Shown here: positions 20,389 to 32,019 of the stretch, piece after piece
How positions within the stretch are numbered: the first letter of the stretch is position 1
Layout: each line of letters starts with the position of its first letter
NCBI GenBank assembly: GCA_020184695.1
Contig: JAANOX010000104.1
Location: 1 to 64,000 of the forward strand
Source of the DNA: Histomonas meleagridis 2922-C6/04-290x
Lineage: Eukaryota; Protista; Parabasalia
DNA length: 64,000 nt
Reading direction: 5' to 3'
Translations under genes and position numbers: made by a program
Notes under the pieces: model-generated
Databases searched by the model: none
Told to the model about the DNA's origin: nothing
What the model saw: the letters and a program-made list of their open reading frames with translations, nothing else

Positions 20389-22488
20389 ATGTCGCATTTA
20401 AAACGAGGAAGAGCTGCTCTTCCACCACCAAAACTTGACCAATTATTACCAGCTAAGCAATCGCTAGCTTTACAGCTTGCACCTACCAAATCAACAGATA
20501 ATTATAATAATGATATTGGATTCGATGAACAAGAAAAGAAAAAAATCGAATCGTTAGCAGAACCATATAAAGACAAACCTATTTCAGAACTTCCACAAAT
20601 TTTAGAAACAACCATCAATAATTATTATAATAATAATGCAACCAGTTTAATTGGAAATGCGAATTTAATTGGCGAAGCAATTAATGGACTTAATGATATT
20701 TTAGACTCTATTCATGAAGCCAAAGAAACAGCGTTAAAGAATAGTGAAGAAGAACATATTGTATATGAATCATTAAAATCTTTGGATGTCACTAACGCGA
20801 AAGACACCGAAGATTACGTTACGCAAAACAAACGAAAGGCATTAGAGAAACTTCAAAAGGTTTATGATGCAGCCGCGATTCCACAAGAATGGATTTCACT
20901 ATTAACGAAGCCCAAACTTTCCGAAATACCAAATTTAAACAAATTATATCAAAAGATCTCAGAAATAGATTCTGATATGCGCTCTAAGGAAGTACCAAAA
21001 CTATTAGAGAAGATGCATAAATGTGTCGAACAACGGAAAGAATCATTATCGAAATATTTGTATGGATTCTCAACAACATTTACTGAGTTTTTGCAAAGTC
21101 GATTCTTTAATAACATCGAATTTGTTATTGATTTTGCTAAGAACAAAGAACCAGTTAAATGTATACCGAAAGAATTACCGAACAAAGAAGAAATAGTTTT
21201 TCCAAACGATGTCTCAAATCATGCAATACTGAAAGCAATTTTTCCTTATTGGAAATTTATATATTATATCCGCGATGCATTTCCTGAATGTTATAATGAT
21301 ATATCAACAAAATATTATCTAAATGCGGCTCAAACGTATTTGGAATGTTTGACACTTCCACAAATTAATTACGTAATCACTGAAATTAAAAAGAAACAAA
21401 TACAGAAAAGTGACAAAGAACATTTAACTTTTTATATCAATGAAAATATATCAGAAGAATTACGTACTGAAATATCAAATTACTTAGAAATATTAATACA
21501 GAATTTGATGAACTCAATCAACGTCGAATATATTATATTAACTGAATTTTGGGGTATAAAAGATAACGACTTAATGAAACTTATCATCACAAGAAAAGTC
21601 ACCGAAAGTTTTGACATATTAGTGAAATTTGTATATGAAATTGATCCGTTTTTCGTCATGAAGATTTATTCGTTATGTTCATATTATGGGAAAGAAATAA
21701 AAATCGATATAACACAAATCAATTCAATACCAAAAGGTTTATGGAACCTGTATATCACATCACAAGTCAGTGCATTAGATAATTCTAAATTAAAAACAAA
21801 GTCATATGTATTGGACGTATTTATATTATTTCCAAAGTTCGCGTTACGATACGAAACTTTTTGTACCGAAAACGATAAGCCGATATTAGAGAAAAGTTTG
21901 GGAATGATTGCAAATGGAGTCATTAGTTGGTTAGTTAATATAATTGCGCCTAAATACACTAAGAAAAAGCGGACTGTTTTAATTATAACGAATTTGTTCT
22001 GTTTATTGAATGATTTACATACCAATACAATTAAAAATAATAAATTAATGGAAACGTTTTCAACAATTCAAAAGTACTTGGATGAAGAAAGAAACAAATT
22101 TATGAATTACGTTTTGCATAAGACGTTTACGAAACCTGACGACTTCTTTAGTCAAATTTTGGAGTGGAAAAAGCGAAACGGTTTCTCTGACGAAATGGTA
22201 CAATTCCAACCGACGCACACGATTGAAAAGTTCAACGAACTGAATGAAAAAATGAAGAACATTTTGAGCGTCGGAATCAAGGAAAGCTTCTCAATTCTAA
22301 GGAGGAAAATACGAAAAGAGGATTTGAGAGAAGAGCTCAGAAATATTATGATAAAATTCATTGAAAATAAGTTCGAAGAATGGAATCAAATCGCATTGAA
22401 TTGCTATCAAATAGAATTGAGCGTAACGGTGGACGACGTACGTGAAGAAGTAAAGCAAAGAAAGTCGCGCGAGCAACACGAGAAGTGA
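20389..22488 (+). CDS. SEC3: Exocyst component Sec3/EXOC1-like
   Basis: Coiled N-half and helical rod. C-terminal DFFSQI...EMVQFQPTHT..F and W..IA..CY resemble Sec3_C. Confidence 0.65.
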   Translation: MSHLKRGRAALPPPKLDQLLPAKQSLALQLAPTKSTDNYNNDIGFDEQEKKKIESLAEPYKDKPISELPQILETTINNYYNNNATSLIGNANLIGEAINGLNDILDSIHEAKETALKNSEEEHIVYESLKSLDVTNAKDTEDYVTQNKRKALEKLQKVYDAAAIPQEWISLLTKPKLSEIPNLNKLYQKISEIDSDMRSKEVPKLLEKMHKCVEQRKESLSKYLYGFSTTFTEFLQSRFFNNIEFVIDFAKNKEPVKCIPKELPNKEEIVFPNDVSNHAILKAIFPYWKFIYYIRDAFPECYNDISTKYYLNAAQTYLECLTLPQINYVITEIKKKQIQKSDKEHLTFYINENISEELRTEISNYLEILIQNLMNSINVEYIILTEFWGIKDNDLMKLIITRKVTESFDILVKFVYEIDPFFVMKIYSLCSYYGKEIKIDITQINSIPKGLWNLYITSQVSALDNSKLKTKSYVLDVFILFPKFALRYETFCTENDKPILEKSLGMIANGVISWLVNIIAPKYTKKKRTVLIITNLFCLLNDLHTNTIKNNKLMETFSTIQKYLDEERNKFMNYVLHKTFTKPDDFFSQILEWKKRNGFSDEMVQFQPTHTIEKFNELNEKMKNILSVGIKESFSILRRKIRKEDLREELRNIMIKFIENKFEEWNQIALNCYQIELSVTVDDVREEVKQRKSREQHEK

Positions 22489-22924
22489 CATGATGCCAAA
22501 TAAATATAAACTGTTTGGGGTGGGCGGGAGTGAACATTGTACAATTGTCACTTTTCTTGTAATTTAAATATTTTTTGTGCATTAAATTTTTGATTGTTGT
22601 TTCCAACGTTGGGCAAAAGACGTAACGGGGAATTCAGCAAAACGTTTTGAACGTGCGATTTAACGCTTAAAATAATATTTTAAATTGTTGTATATTAATA
22701 GCTGAAGATTCATTGCTTTGTGTCTGAAAACCAAATAACTTCTCAATAAAAATGCAGATCAAATTCTCATTAATTTTGTTCGTTCTGGTGATATGTTAAT
22801 AATTTTGTCTGTATTTGATGTAATTTACTTAACAAACATGAAATGCATTTTGTTGTAGGTTTCTTCCGATTTCACAAATTCGAATATAAGATTTATCTAA
22901 ACAAATCACAGTGATTTTTTTGGT

Positions 22925-23120
22925 ATTAGTATTAATTCCTTCTTGTTCAAGAAGTAGTTTAACTATTTCTGTATAACCTTTATCACATACTAAAATAAGT
23001 GCTGTTTGAAATAATTTAAATAATTTTCAAATATTATTTTGATATCCAAAATTATTAGAATAAATTTTAAATAAAACAAATAAATATTTTTAGCTATAAT
23101 ATCAATTCCTTCATCATTTC
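22925..23120 (-). pseudogene. Orphan ankyrin unit carrying one 80-nt insert (23006-23085)
   Basis: EGIDIIAKN-[80 nt]-TALILVCDKGYTEIVKLLLEQEGIN; unrelated flanks. Confidence 0.8.
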
Positions 23121-23199
23121 TAAAATTTCAGTTCACTTAAAATTCAAAAAAGTCTATTCAAAGTTTGTAACAACATTGATTTCAATGACGATATGTGTA

Positions 23200-24010
23200 A
23201 ACTAAATAAAATTGTGATAACATTGAAAGTTTTGGTGAATTTGCATTTTGTTATTGTGAAAAATTTAAATCATTTACGATTCCAAACAAAGTCACAGAAC
23301 TTCCATTTGGTTTATTTTCATTCTGTACAAGTTTAACAACTGTTTTCATAGGAAAAAATGCAGGTTCAATTGGGGTATTGGGATTTAATGCTTGCAGTAA
23401 CCTTAGATGCGTTTACTTCTATGGTGAAAATGAATCTGTAATTCCTACAAATGTTTTTTTATCTGTTACAGTCGAAATTGAAATCATGGTATTACGCCCA
23501 TATCAAAGTGATAAGTTTTGAAATACCTTTATAGTCGAGAATTCATTTGAACTTTTCACAACAGTTTCATATTCGTTAACATTGAAATATACAATATCGT
23601 TTATAGAAACAATTTCAAATTATTCATTTTTATCAAATACATATATCATTTTAATGTTATCTTCATCTATTGCATATTTCATCACTGAATATTTATATTA
23701 TAATTATACAGTTTTTATTCTGATTTTTTCACTATTTTCAATCAAAATGAACAAAATAATAATGAAAAACAAACAAATATTGTAATTATTATCATTATTG
23801 TGTGTGTAATAATTGTTGTTATCATAATTGTAATATTTATTGTTCTATTTGTTATTTATAAACGAAGTAAAAAAAAATGAAGAAAATGTGATAAGTGTTC
23901 AAACGAATGACAATACAACATAAGGATTTTCAATTGTTAGCCCAATGTCAAACATCGACAAAGATCCATTTGTTGAAGATTTCAAAGAAGATCATTTTGT
24001 TAATATATAA
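23200..24010 (+). pseudogene. BspA-like pseudogene
   Basis: IESFGEFAFCYCEKFKSFTIPNKVTELPFGLFSFCTSLTTVFIG..LRCVYFYGENE, then stops and frameshifts, Y/T/S-rich stalk, TM, tail DKDPFVEDFKEDHF. Confidence 0.8.
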
Positions 24011-24293
24011 AATCTTTTTTAGAAACTTTTTATCTTTTTTTTAATAAGTCATTGCAAAAAGAATATTTTGATATCAAATTAAATGTAAATATAAATAGAT
24101 GTTATACAGTGCCGTAAAGTGCAATTTTTATGATTTTAATGTATAAATGAATTTAAATTAGATAAACTTCAACAAAAAAATTGAACATATAGTGACGATG
24201 TTGTTGAAATGACGTTTTATTTAGCAAATAAACGGCTTTTGTATAAATGTAACGTACGTTATGGAAAAGTGACCATTCTCAAACACAAGAAGA

Positions 24294-25013
24294 ATGGAAG
24301 AAGAACAGAAGATGGCTTGTATCCAAATCATGGAAAACCTTCTTAAGTTGCCAATTTCACAGATGTTTTGGGATTTGAGAAGTTCTGATAGTGAGAAAGA
24401 AAATTTCGAACTTCGGTCATTTCGGAATATCAGTTACATATTGAATAACGACTTTTACCAATCTCCTTACGAGTGGTTATTAGACATGCGAAAGGCATTT
24501 GCGACAGCTGTTCTAAATTCGAAATTTGATGATCTTCGATCAAAAGCCGCCCAGCAGTTAAGCATTCAATTCGAAAACGAAATTCTGAAGTTTACGCCAA
24601 CCTTTCCGCCTTCTGTTATTAAATTCCAGCGAATTGTGGGAGAATTAGATGAATATTTGAAGAAAGCATGTCCTGATTTTCCAGAACATGTTCCTCTTGA
24701 ATCAAAGCCAGCCGCAGAAGTCTTTAAAAATTCAAGTTATTCAATTGATAATGTCCAAAAACTTTCAAACGATATCAGAATATTGAAAGCTCAGCCACTT
24801 ATACTTCGTGTGGCCGCTTTTGTATACTCTATACAACCAGAAGCAGTCATCGTTGATAGTGGAATTTCAATAATTTTAACATCTTTGAATGAAGAAAATT
24901 TGGTAAGACTACGAAGTTTTGTTGATGATCTCATGTATAAAGCAGCAACAGGTGTAATCCGTCCTTATGTTCGAACTCCTGGCATGAAATCAGCATCTCT
25001 TATTGTAAAATAA
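24294..25013 (+). CDS. Divergent bromodomain plus ET-like domain protein
   Basis: CIQIMENLLKLPISQMF..LNNDFYQSPYEWLLDMRKAF..LSIQFENE follows bromodomain helices. IILTSLNEENLVRLRSFV resembles the ET domain. Confidence 0.7.
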   Translation: MEEEQKMACIQIMENLLKLPISQMFWDLRSSDSEKENFELRSFRNISYILNNDFYQSPYEWLLDMRKAFATAVLNSKFDDLRSKAAQQLSIQFENEILKFTPTFPPSVIKFQRIVGELDEYLKKACPDFPEHVPLESKPAAEVFKNSSYSIDNVQKLSNDIRILKAQPLILRVAAFVYSIQPEAVIVDSGISIILTSLNEENLVRLRSFVDDLMYKAATGVIRPYVRTPGMKSASLIVK

Positions 25014-25168
25014 ATATATATGTTTTTAATTACTTTGAATAATATGACCTGACCATTCATTTTATTTCGGATTGCTAATTACAAAAACCTTATCACAACT
25101 TCACAAAACATTTTATATCGTTTCGTTAGGATAAAAACAACGCAAAAAATTTATACATAAACAAACAT

Positions 25169-26605
25169 TTATTCATTCCCTTCTGATTCCATTTCTCTCA
25201 GCTTTCTCTGCGCTTTTTCATTGCCTTTATCAGCCGCCTTTCGATAATATCTTTTTGCTTCTTCATCATTCGATTCGGTGCCAATTCCTTTTTGAAGACA
25301 TTTCGCTGCGCTCATCACACAGTCCAAGTCTTCACATTGCATTGCGCCCAATCGATACCACTCAAATGCTTCTTTCTCGTTTTTCTCAACGCCATACCCC
25401 TTCTCATATATGCGTCCAATGTATTTATAAGTTAAAGAGTCGCCATATCTCGCAGCATTAATTAGTGATTTAAACGCTTTGTCATATTTCCCTTTCTCAT
25501 AACAGTACATTCCATGCTCATGAAGAGCCCTAAAATATCCTCTTTTAGAAGATTCTTCAAGATATTCTTCATACTTAGATTCATCTGATTCAACACCTTT
25601 GCCTTCTCGATATAACTTAGCCATGAAATAGAAGCCTTCGGCAGAATCATTGTCAATTGCTAATTGGAAATATCGATGAGCTTCCTCATAATTAGAGGAA
25701 TTCATATATAAAAGTCCGACGTTAAAATGTGAATTGACATAACCGCCGTCAGAAGCAGTTTTGTAATGCAAAAGTGCTTTGGAGGGATCCTTGTCACAAC
25801 CGTAACCGTTGATGTAGAGGTACCCCAAAAGATGGTGAGAAGGAAAGTGCCCTTGTTCTGCAGCTTTGTTGGCATATTCAAAGGATAGATCATAATTTAA
25901 TCTCATGCCTTCACCTTTTAAAGCTTTTATGGCAACTGAATACATCGATGCAACGTCACCAAGATCGGCCATTGCTAATTCAAGAGCTGGACCAAGGAAC
26001 TTCTTTCGAACAACAAGAAAGTCATACTTTTTTCGCAATGCGTCAATTGTTGTTTCTGTTAAATATTGATCAAAAAGTTGTTTGGATGGAGTATAGCCAG
26101 CAAGATACGAACAACCAAGATTTGCAATAGCAAAAGCTATATCAGAAGAACATCCATATCCATCGTGTAAACATTTTCCATAATAAAATTGTCCTTTTGG
26201 ATGAAGAATTTTTGCACATGCTTTGATATGAAATATTGCATAAAGAGCATTTCGAAATGTACCTATACCTTCAAAGTAACATATTCCAGTGGAAAGTTTT
26301 CCTTCCCAATTATAGTTTTTTGCTGCTTTTTTGAAGTACTTGAATGCTTCTCTATTACTTTGAGCAACACCTTCACCTTTAAGGCACATATTTCCATAAC
26401 ATACTTGTGCTTTATCATATCCTGCATCTGCAGCACGTTTGTATAATTGTGCAGCCTTTGGTAAATCAACTTCAACACCATTCCCTTTCTCAAATTTTAC
26501 AGCTTCTTTATAAACATCTTTGATTTCCGGTGGTGTATGGAGTGAAGGGATTCTTGAAATATAAGTGCCCATACTCAGCAAATAATTGCCGAATTCGTAC
26601 AACAT
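25169..26605 (-). CDS. Sel1-like repeat protein
   Basis: Many A..LG..Y..G.GV..D...A..WY..AA..G repeats. First ATG at 26605. Confidence 0.92.
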   Translation of the reverse strand: MLYEFGNYLLSMGTYISRIPSLHTPPEIKDVYKEAVKFEKGNGVEVDLPKAAQLYKRAADAGYDKAQVCYGNMCLKGEGVAQSNREAFKYFKKAAKNYNWEGKLSTGICYFEGIGTFRNALYAIFHIKACAKILHPKGQFYYGKCLHDGYGCSSDIAFAIANLGCSYLAGYTPSKQLFDQYLTETTIDALRKKYDFLVVRKKFLGPALELAMADLGDVASMYSVAIKALKGEGMRLNYDLSFEYANKAAEQGHFPSHHLLGYLYINGYGCDKDPSKALLHYKTASDGGYVNSHFNVGLLYMNSSNYEEAHRYFQLAIDNDSAEGFYFMAKLYREGKGVESDESKYEEYLEESSKRGYFRALHEHGMYCYEKGKYDKAFKSLINAARYGDSLTYKYIGRIYEKGYGVEKNEKEAFEWYRLGAMQCEDLDCVMSAAKCLQKGIGTESNDEEAKRYYRKAADKGNEKAQRKLREMESEGNE

Positions 26606-26679
26606 TGTTTTGGGCAATCTATCGTTGATGTAAAATTCACAAAATTGAATGATCTGTTTCTTGATGTATCGTTATTTCA

Positions 26680-27099
26680 ATGAGGTTTTCGTCAGGCGAT
26701 TTTGCCGAATATTGGGAAAGAAGAACAAGTAAGTTAGAAAAACAAGTTGAAAAAGCTGAAACTAATATCTTCAAAGGTTGTACTTTTTATATACTTGGTT
26801 ATGTTGGGAGGGGAGAAAAATCAAGATATTTACTTGTGAAAAAAATAGAAAAAAATGGTGGAAGGAATGTTCTAATGTTTTCTAGTAATGTAACTCATAT
26901 AATATGTAATAATATATGCCAACGAAAAAAAGTCATATTAGAAAAAGCAATTGAAGCAAGAAAAATTTTTTTAATCACTCCAAATTATATTGATGACTGC
27001 ATTGATGCAGGAAGTTTGATTGATCCAGGTCCATATTTAACAGAAAAGCAAAAAACAAAAACCCTAGATTTTTTTATGAAAAAAGAAAATCCTAAATAA
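26680..27099 (+). CDS. Stand-alone BRCT protein, Rev1 N-terminus-like
   Basis: IFKGCTFYILGY..IEKNGG..VTHIICNN..ITPNYIDDCIDAG BRCT, preceded by GDFAEYWERRTSKLEKQ. Confidence 0.8.
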   Translation: MRFSSGDFAEYWERRTSKLEKQVEKAETNIFKGCTFYILGYVGRGEKSRYLLVKKIEKNGGRNVLMFSSNVTHIICNNICQRKKVILEKAIEARKIFLITPNYIDDCIDAGSLIDPGPYLTEKQKTKTLDFFMKKENPK

Positions 27100-27519
27100 C
27101 AACATTTTATTTTTCAATGATAAAATCATATAAAAGCAATTTAGCTAAATCTTAGAATTCTCATATAATATCCACTTTTAAAATTTTCAAATTATAAATG
27201 CCTAATGATGTTGGCATTAATGCTTTGTAATACAACTTAGATGGAAGGTGTCATTATTATAAATAAAATTATAATGCTTTTTTAAAAAATTTGATTTTTT
27301 TTTTGGATGATCAAACACTAATTTTAGGGTTGGCAAATTTCTCCCAAAGCACATTTTGCCTCCGCTCCGGGGAAAAAAGGGAATGGGAGAGATTGAATGG
27401 AAAAGTGATTTTAATTGTTAAATTATCCAATTTTCTTCATGATAAAACATATTATTTGATATACGAAATCTTCTTACGAATGATTTTTTATTAGCAGTAA
27501 CAGTTTTATGTTGGATTTA

Positions 27520-28035
27520 TCACTCTTTGTTAGGCAACAATTTGCGAAACATTCGAGCTAAGGCAATAAATGTTTCGTCAACATTTGTGTTAGACAATGC
27601 TGATGTCTCTACAAAGCCTACTCCCAATCTTTTGGCAAGATTTTTACCCTCATGTTTAGATATAACACGTTGTTCTTCGAGATCACATTTGTTTCCGCAT
27701 ATCATTATCGGAACATTTTTACCTATAATGTCTACAATTTCATGGTATATTTTTTCTATTGATTCAATTGATGATCGGATATCTATCGAATAATTTATCA
27801 GATAGCAATTACCTTTTTTTACCCTATGCTGTCTAATATATGAAGATGGTTCTGAAGCAGGCCGATCAAATAATTTAAATTCAACATTTTCATCGTCGAC
27901 AACGATCGAACGATTGTAAAAATCATGACCAATGGTTAAAACAGGATATGACTCAAAAGTTCCGTCAACGAAGCGTTTAATTAAGGATGTCTTACCAACA
28001 CCATAATCGCCTAAAAACACAACATTGCACTCCAT
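27520..28035 (-). CDS. Atypical Ras-superfamily (Rab/Ras-like) small GTPase
   Basis: G1 GDYGVGKT, G2 TIG, G4 NKCD, G5 ETSA. G3 is degenerate (DRPASE) and there is no C-terminal Cys. Likely ATG at 28035. Confidence 0.85.
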   Translation of the reverse strand: MECNVVFLGDYGVGKTSLIKRFVDGTFESYPVLTIGHDFYNRSIVVDDENVEFKLFDRPASEPSSYIRQHRVKKGNCYLINYSIDIRSSIESIEKIYHEIVDIIGKNVPIMICGNKCDLEEQRVISKHEGKNLAKRLGVGFVETSALSNTNVDETFIALARMFRKLLPNKE

Positions 28036-28689
28036 TTCCAAAACGGTTTGCCAAAACCGGTATACCGTATTTAACCGTTTTCTGAAAGAATTCTCTAATA
28101 ATATCAAAGAAATCAAAATATATTTTCTATAAATTACCCAAGTTGACATCATTAGTGTACATCCATCAAAACATATGAAATGTGGAATATTCGTTTTAAA
28201 ATATGAATACATTTTCAAAATCAAAATTTATTAAATAACATATTTTGCTATAATTTCAAGTTCTCTGACGCTTTATTGTGCACTGTTAATATTCTAAAAA
28301 AAAATAAAATGTAACGGCTGAAGGAGATATTTTTTTCGACAAATCTTCCAAAACACTGAATCTGTCACTATTCAATATTTTGAATGAGTTGATCAACTTT
28401 TCCAAGCCTGCACAAAATTTCAGCCTGATGGAAAGAGGCAAGCAAAACAACTTCTTATCATCGGATGTCAATTCATCGTTTGGAACATCCCTTGAATTTT
28501 TGAAATTATTTCTGGCAAATTGAATGGGAGGTTTGTTTTCTATTAAATTTACACAAACTTTTGTATTCGTTATATAGTGAAAAAGATGATATACGCAAAG
28601 TAATACATTTTCTGAATCGTTAAAATTTGATGCAACATTTAGTCATTCTATGATATTTTTTTTTTTTCAACTTCGAATTCATATTCTTT

Positions 28690-29080
28690 GTTAAATTCAT
28701 ATGTAACAGAAACACTTACTGTGATTAATTCAAGTTTAACTTATTTTATTAAATATTTTATCTATTATGAATATACATATATTATGTTTTCTTCTTATTT
28801 TGGTTTTTATTCTAATTTTAAATGCATTGGAACAAAAAACTGAAAATAAAACTTATGTTTATGTTATTATTGTAGCAATTATAATTATATCTTCACTTAT
28901 TATCATATTAATTCGTGTGAGAAATAAGAACAAAATGTAAAAGAACAAAATACAGAATCAGTAAATGAAAACAACAATCAAGAAATAAGTATTGACTTTA
29001 AATGCTCTAATACTTCCATGAAAAATATTCCTGAAGATCCATTCGCAAATGATTTTAATGAAGAAATATTCTTTATTTGA
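28690..29080 (+). pseudogene. BspA-type stalk/TM/tail fragment
   Basis: Broken Y/I-rich stalk, TM (VIIVAIIIISSLIIILI) and tail EDPFANDFNEEIFFI*. Confidence 0.65.
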
Positions 29081-30999
29081 AATAGTAAATTTATGTTTAT
29101 TTAATAAGTATCACAAAGCTTTAGAAAAAGTATCTAAAAATGGATGATTTTATTTCAGATTCTTTTTGTTTCTCTTAATAAAATTTTAAGTTTGAAAGTT
29201 TCAACGTTGTATAAATTAAATATTTAATTGATATTTTTGTTAAACATTTTTTTTTTCTTTCAATCACATGAAAAAATTTATGAAATAGCTTATTATATAT
29301 TTAAAGTAATATTCTTCACTATTCCTTATGGAGATAAAAAATATTTAATTAATTCCACAATAATTAGATTTCATTGATAATCGGAATTTTATTTATCTTT
29401 CATTCAATATGTGTAATATAATGAAATTAAAAACATTTTTTATTTATCATTTTGGTGCCAAGGCTAAATGCGAAATTTCCTTTGTTCGAAATAATGATGG
29501 AATCATTGTTGTTTGTATTAAAAGGTGTAATAAGAAAATGCATAATAAAATTCAAATATGTTATCAAAAAGGAAAATAAATATAAATCAAGATGAAAAGA
29601 CATGATGAGGAAGCAGAAACAAAAGTTGGGTTCAAAAAAGTGAAAGACTAATAAAGGTGAAATTATCTTTTTTTAATTTTGTTATATGAAATAACTTTTT
29701 TTGAAAGAGTAATATGAGTCATTCTTAAAAGGCAGCACACTTAAACAAATAAGGGAGTATTTGTTGATTCATGAAAAATTCTGTTTTGTTCAAGAGGTAG
29801 TAGATTAAGTTTTGGTGTTAAACTGATGACACCCTAAGTGTAAGAAGGTAATGTGCTAAACCAGTTTCTTTGCACATAATCTAGCATCACTTTTAATTCT
29901 TGGAAATTTTACGACAGAACACAAATTCATTGAAAAAGCGGGATGGAAAAACGATAAATTTTACACACAAAATCTAAAAGATTGACTGTCAAATTGGTTC
30001 AAAAATTTAATAGAGCTTTTAAAGCCAGAAAATTCTAAGAGCTGGAATTAGACAACTCAATTTTCAGAAAGTAAGGGATTGTCATAAAGTGAATTATCAA
30101 CCTTTCGAAGAAATACCAAGGAATTGTTTAAAGAGATAAACTTTCAAAACGAAAAGATCAAAATTTACGAATTATGTTGTCAGATAACATGTGTGAAATC
30201 AAAAAATTCAATTTAATTTAAAAATGTATTATTAACATCAACAATTTATTATATCACACATACTTCTTGAACACTTTTTCAACAAGGAACAATAAATATT
30301 TCATGTAAATCTAAATTGTTATCTTCACATATTTGAAAATCAAAAAATATTATTTTAAATGGAATCTCAATCTAATATTATAGACAATCATTTCTCCATT
30401 GAGCTATCAGTATAAAAAACATATTATGAACCATATTTTCTATTATATAATAATACAATTATATTCAAAATCTTATATCTTTTTCTGTAAGATTCAGATT
30501 CATATTTGTACACAGTTCTACTTTGATTAAATGATTAGATGTTGCTCTTACGATATATAAGCCTTGTTGCTCTGCCACAGGAAAATTTTCCATTGTTCTC
30601 CACTTTGAAAATTTCACTGAAAAAGCAAAATTCCAAATTCTTTCAATAATTCATTAAGCTAAAATCACTTGACACCATATTCAATACAATTTACAAGACC
30701 AGAACATCACAAATTTCAGAGCAAATATTACAACCTGTATTCAATTAATTTATACCACGAACCAAATTGTCAAAACTTAATAAGTTACCCAAGGACTGCA
30801 GCGGCAGCATTTCTCTTGTAACAAATGAATTCTCACCAATTACTGCGGCATTAAATTCCTTTGGAGGCTGAATGTTATCTGATGTCAAATTTTAATGATA
30901 AAAATATTATTGGTAATTAACCAATTCTTTATGTAAATCGTATTTACTATTTCCCGAAGAAGTCCTTTTCGTATCAAAACAGTTGTAAAGTCGATTTAT

Positions 31000-32019
31000 T
31001 CAAACATTAATTTTTGGTAATTTCGATTCTTGTTTCAGTTTAGGCTTCATAAGTAAGCACGATCTATTATTTATTCTCGCGTGCCCTATAATTCCTTGTG
31101 AAACAGAATTCGGGAGTCCGTTTAAAGATCTCCGATAACTTTTATTTTTCTTTCCTTCTTTAATCGAAGGGTAAAGAGCTGCGTAGTTATACTTCTGGAT
31201 GTTATCAAATATCGGAGACCGAATAAGGTTTGCTAATGATTCTCTCTTTTGTGGATTAATGGCAGTCATCGCACGAATCAAATTACAAAATTCGGGATCT
31301 GCATAATTCGGAAATGATAACATTCCGACTTTAATGCACATCTCTAATTCTGTAACACAATTATATGTCCATGGAAGTCTTCCAAATGCAATCATATAAA
31401 ATGTGATTCCTAATGACCATATATCTGATAGAAGCGGATCAACGTTTTGTCGGCATATCATCTCTGGCGCCATAAACGCTAACGAACCTGCGTATGCGTG
31501 AAGAATTTCACCTTTTTCTAATTTCTTACTTAGACCAAAATCTGCAAGTTTTGGTCTTCCGTAATTATCTAAGAGTATATTCCCCGGCTTGATATCTCTG
31601 TGTGCAATGTTTTGTTCATGGCAATACATAAGGGCTTTAATTAATTGATAACAATATGAATATAATTTTGGTGGTCGAATTGCTCCTTCTAACTCGATTA
31701 AGTCCTTTAATGAACCTCCGCTACAATACTCTAAAACGAGATATAAATTTGAATGTGTTTCATCGAAAAAAAATTCGTACATTGATATAATATTTGGATG
31801 ACATAATCTGATTATTGTTGTTGCTTCGTTTTTAGTTTCATTGAAGTCTGAGTCTGATTGGTTGATTCTTTTAATGCAGAATTCTTGATTATATTTATCT
31901 GAATGTACCAAAAATACAGTTCCATAACTTCCAGCGCCAATCGGCTTCTTATAACGGTAATGGTGCTCTGGGAGGATTTCTTGTATCTCATTGATATTGA
32001 CCTGCGCCACATCCATCAT
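31000..32019 (-). CDS. Ser/Thr protein kinase (CAMK-like)
   Basis: IGAGSYG, FCIK, HRDIKPGN, DFG, GSLAFMAPE, DIWSLG. First ATG at 32019. Confidence 0.95.
   Translation of the reverse strand: MMDVAQVNINEIQEILPEHHYRYKKPIGAGSYGTVFLVHSDKYNQEFCIKRINQSDSDFNETKNEATTIIRLCHPNIISMYEFFFDETHSNLYLVLEYCSGGSLKDLIELEGAIRPPKLYSYCYQLIKALMYCHEQNIAHRDIKPGNILLDNYGRPKLADFGLSKKLEKGEILHAYAGSLAFMAPEMICRQNVDPLLSDIWSLGITFYMIAFGRLPWTYNCVTELEMCIKVGMLSFPNYADPEFCNLIRAMTAINPQKRESLANLIRSPIFDNIQKYNYAALYPSIKEGKKNKSYRRSLNGLPNSVSQGIIGHARINNRSCLLMKPKLKQESKLPKINV

Noticed and set aside
27520-28224. Long N-terminal extensions from the ORF track (also 14973, 26617, 32064, 53169, 62331)
   Set aside because: They rely on TTG/GTG starts not expected in this eukaryote. 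Homology and promoter motifs point to the downstream ATGs.
29400-30950. Possible transposase or other gene remnants
   Set aside because: Slightly GC-richer patches, but no recognisable motif or sustained frame could be supported.
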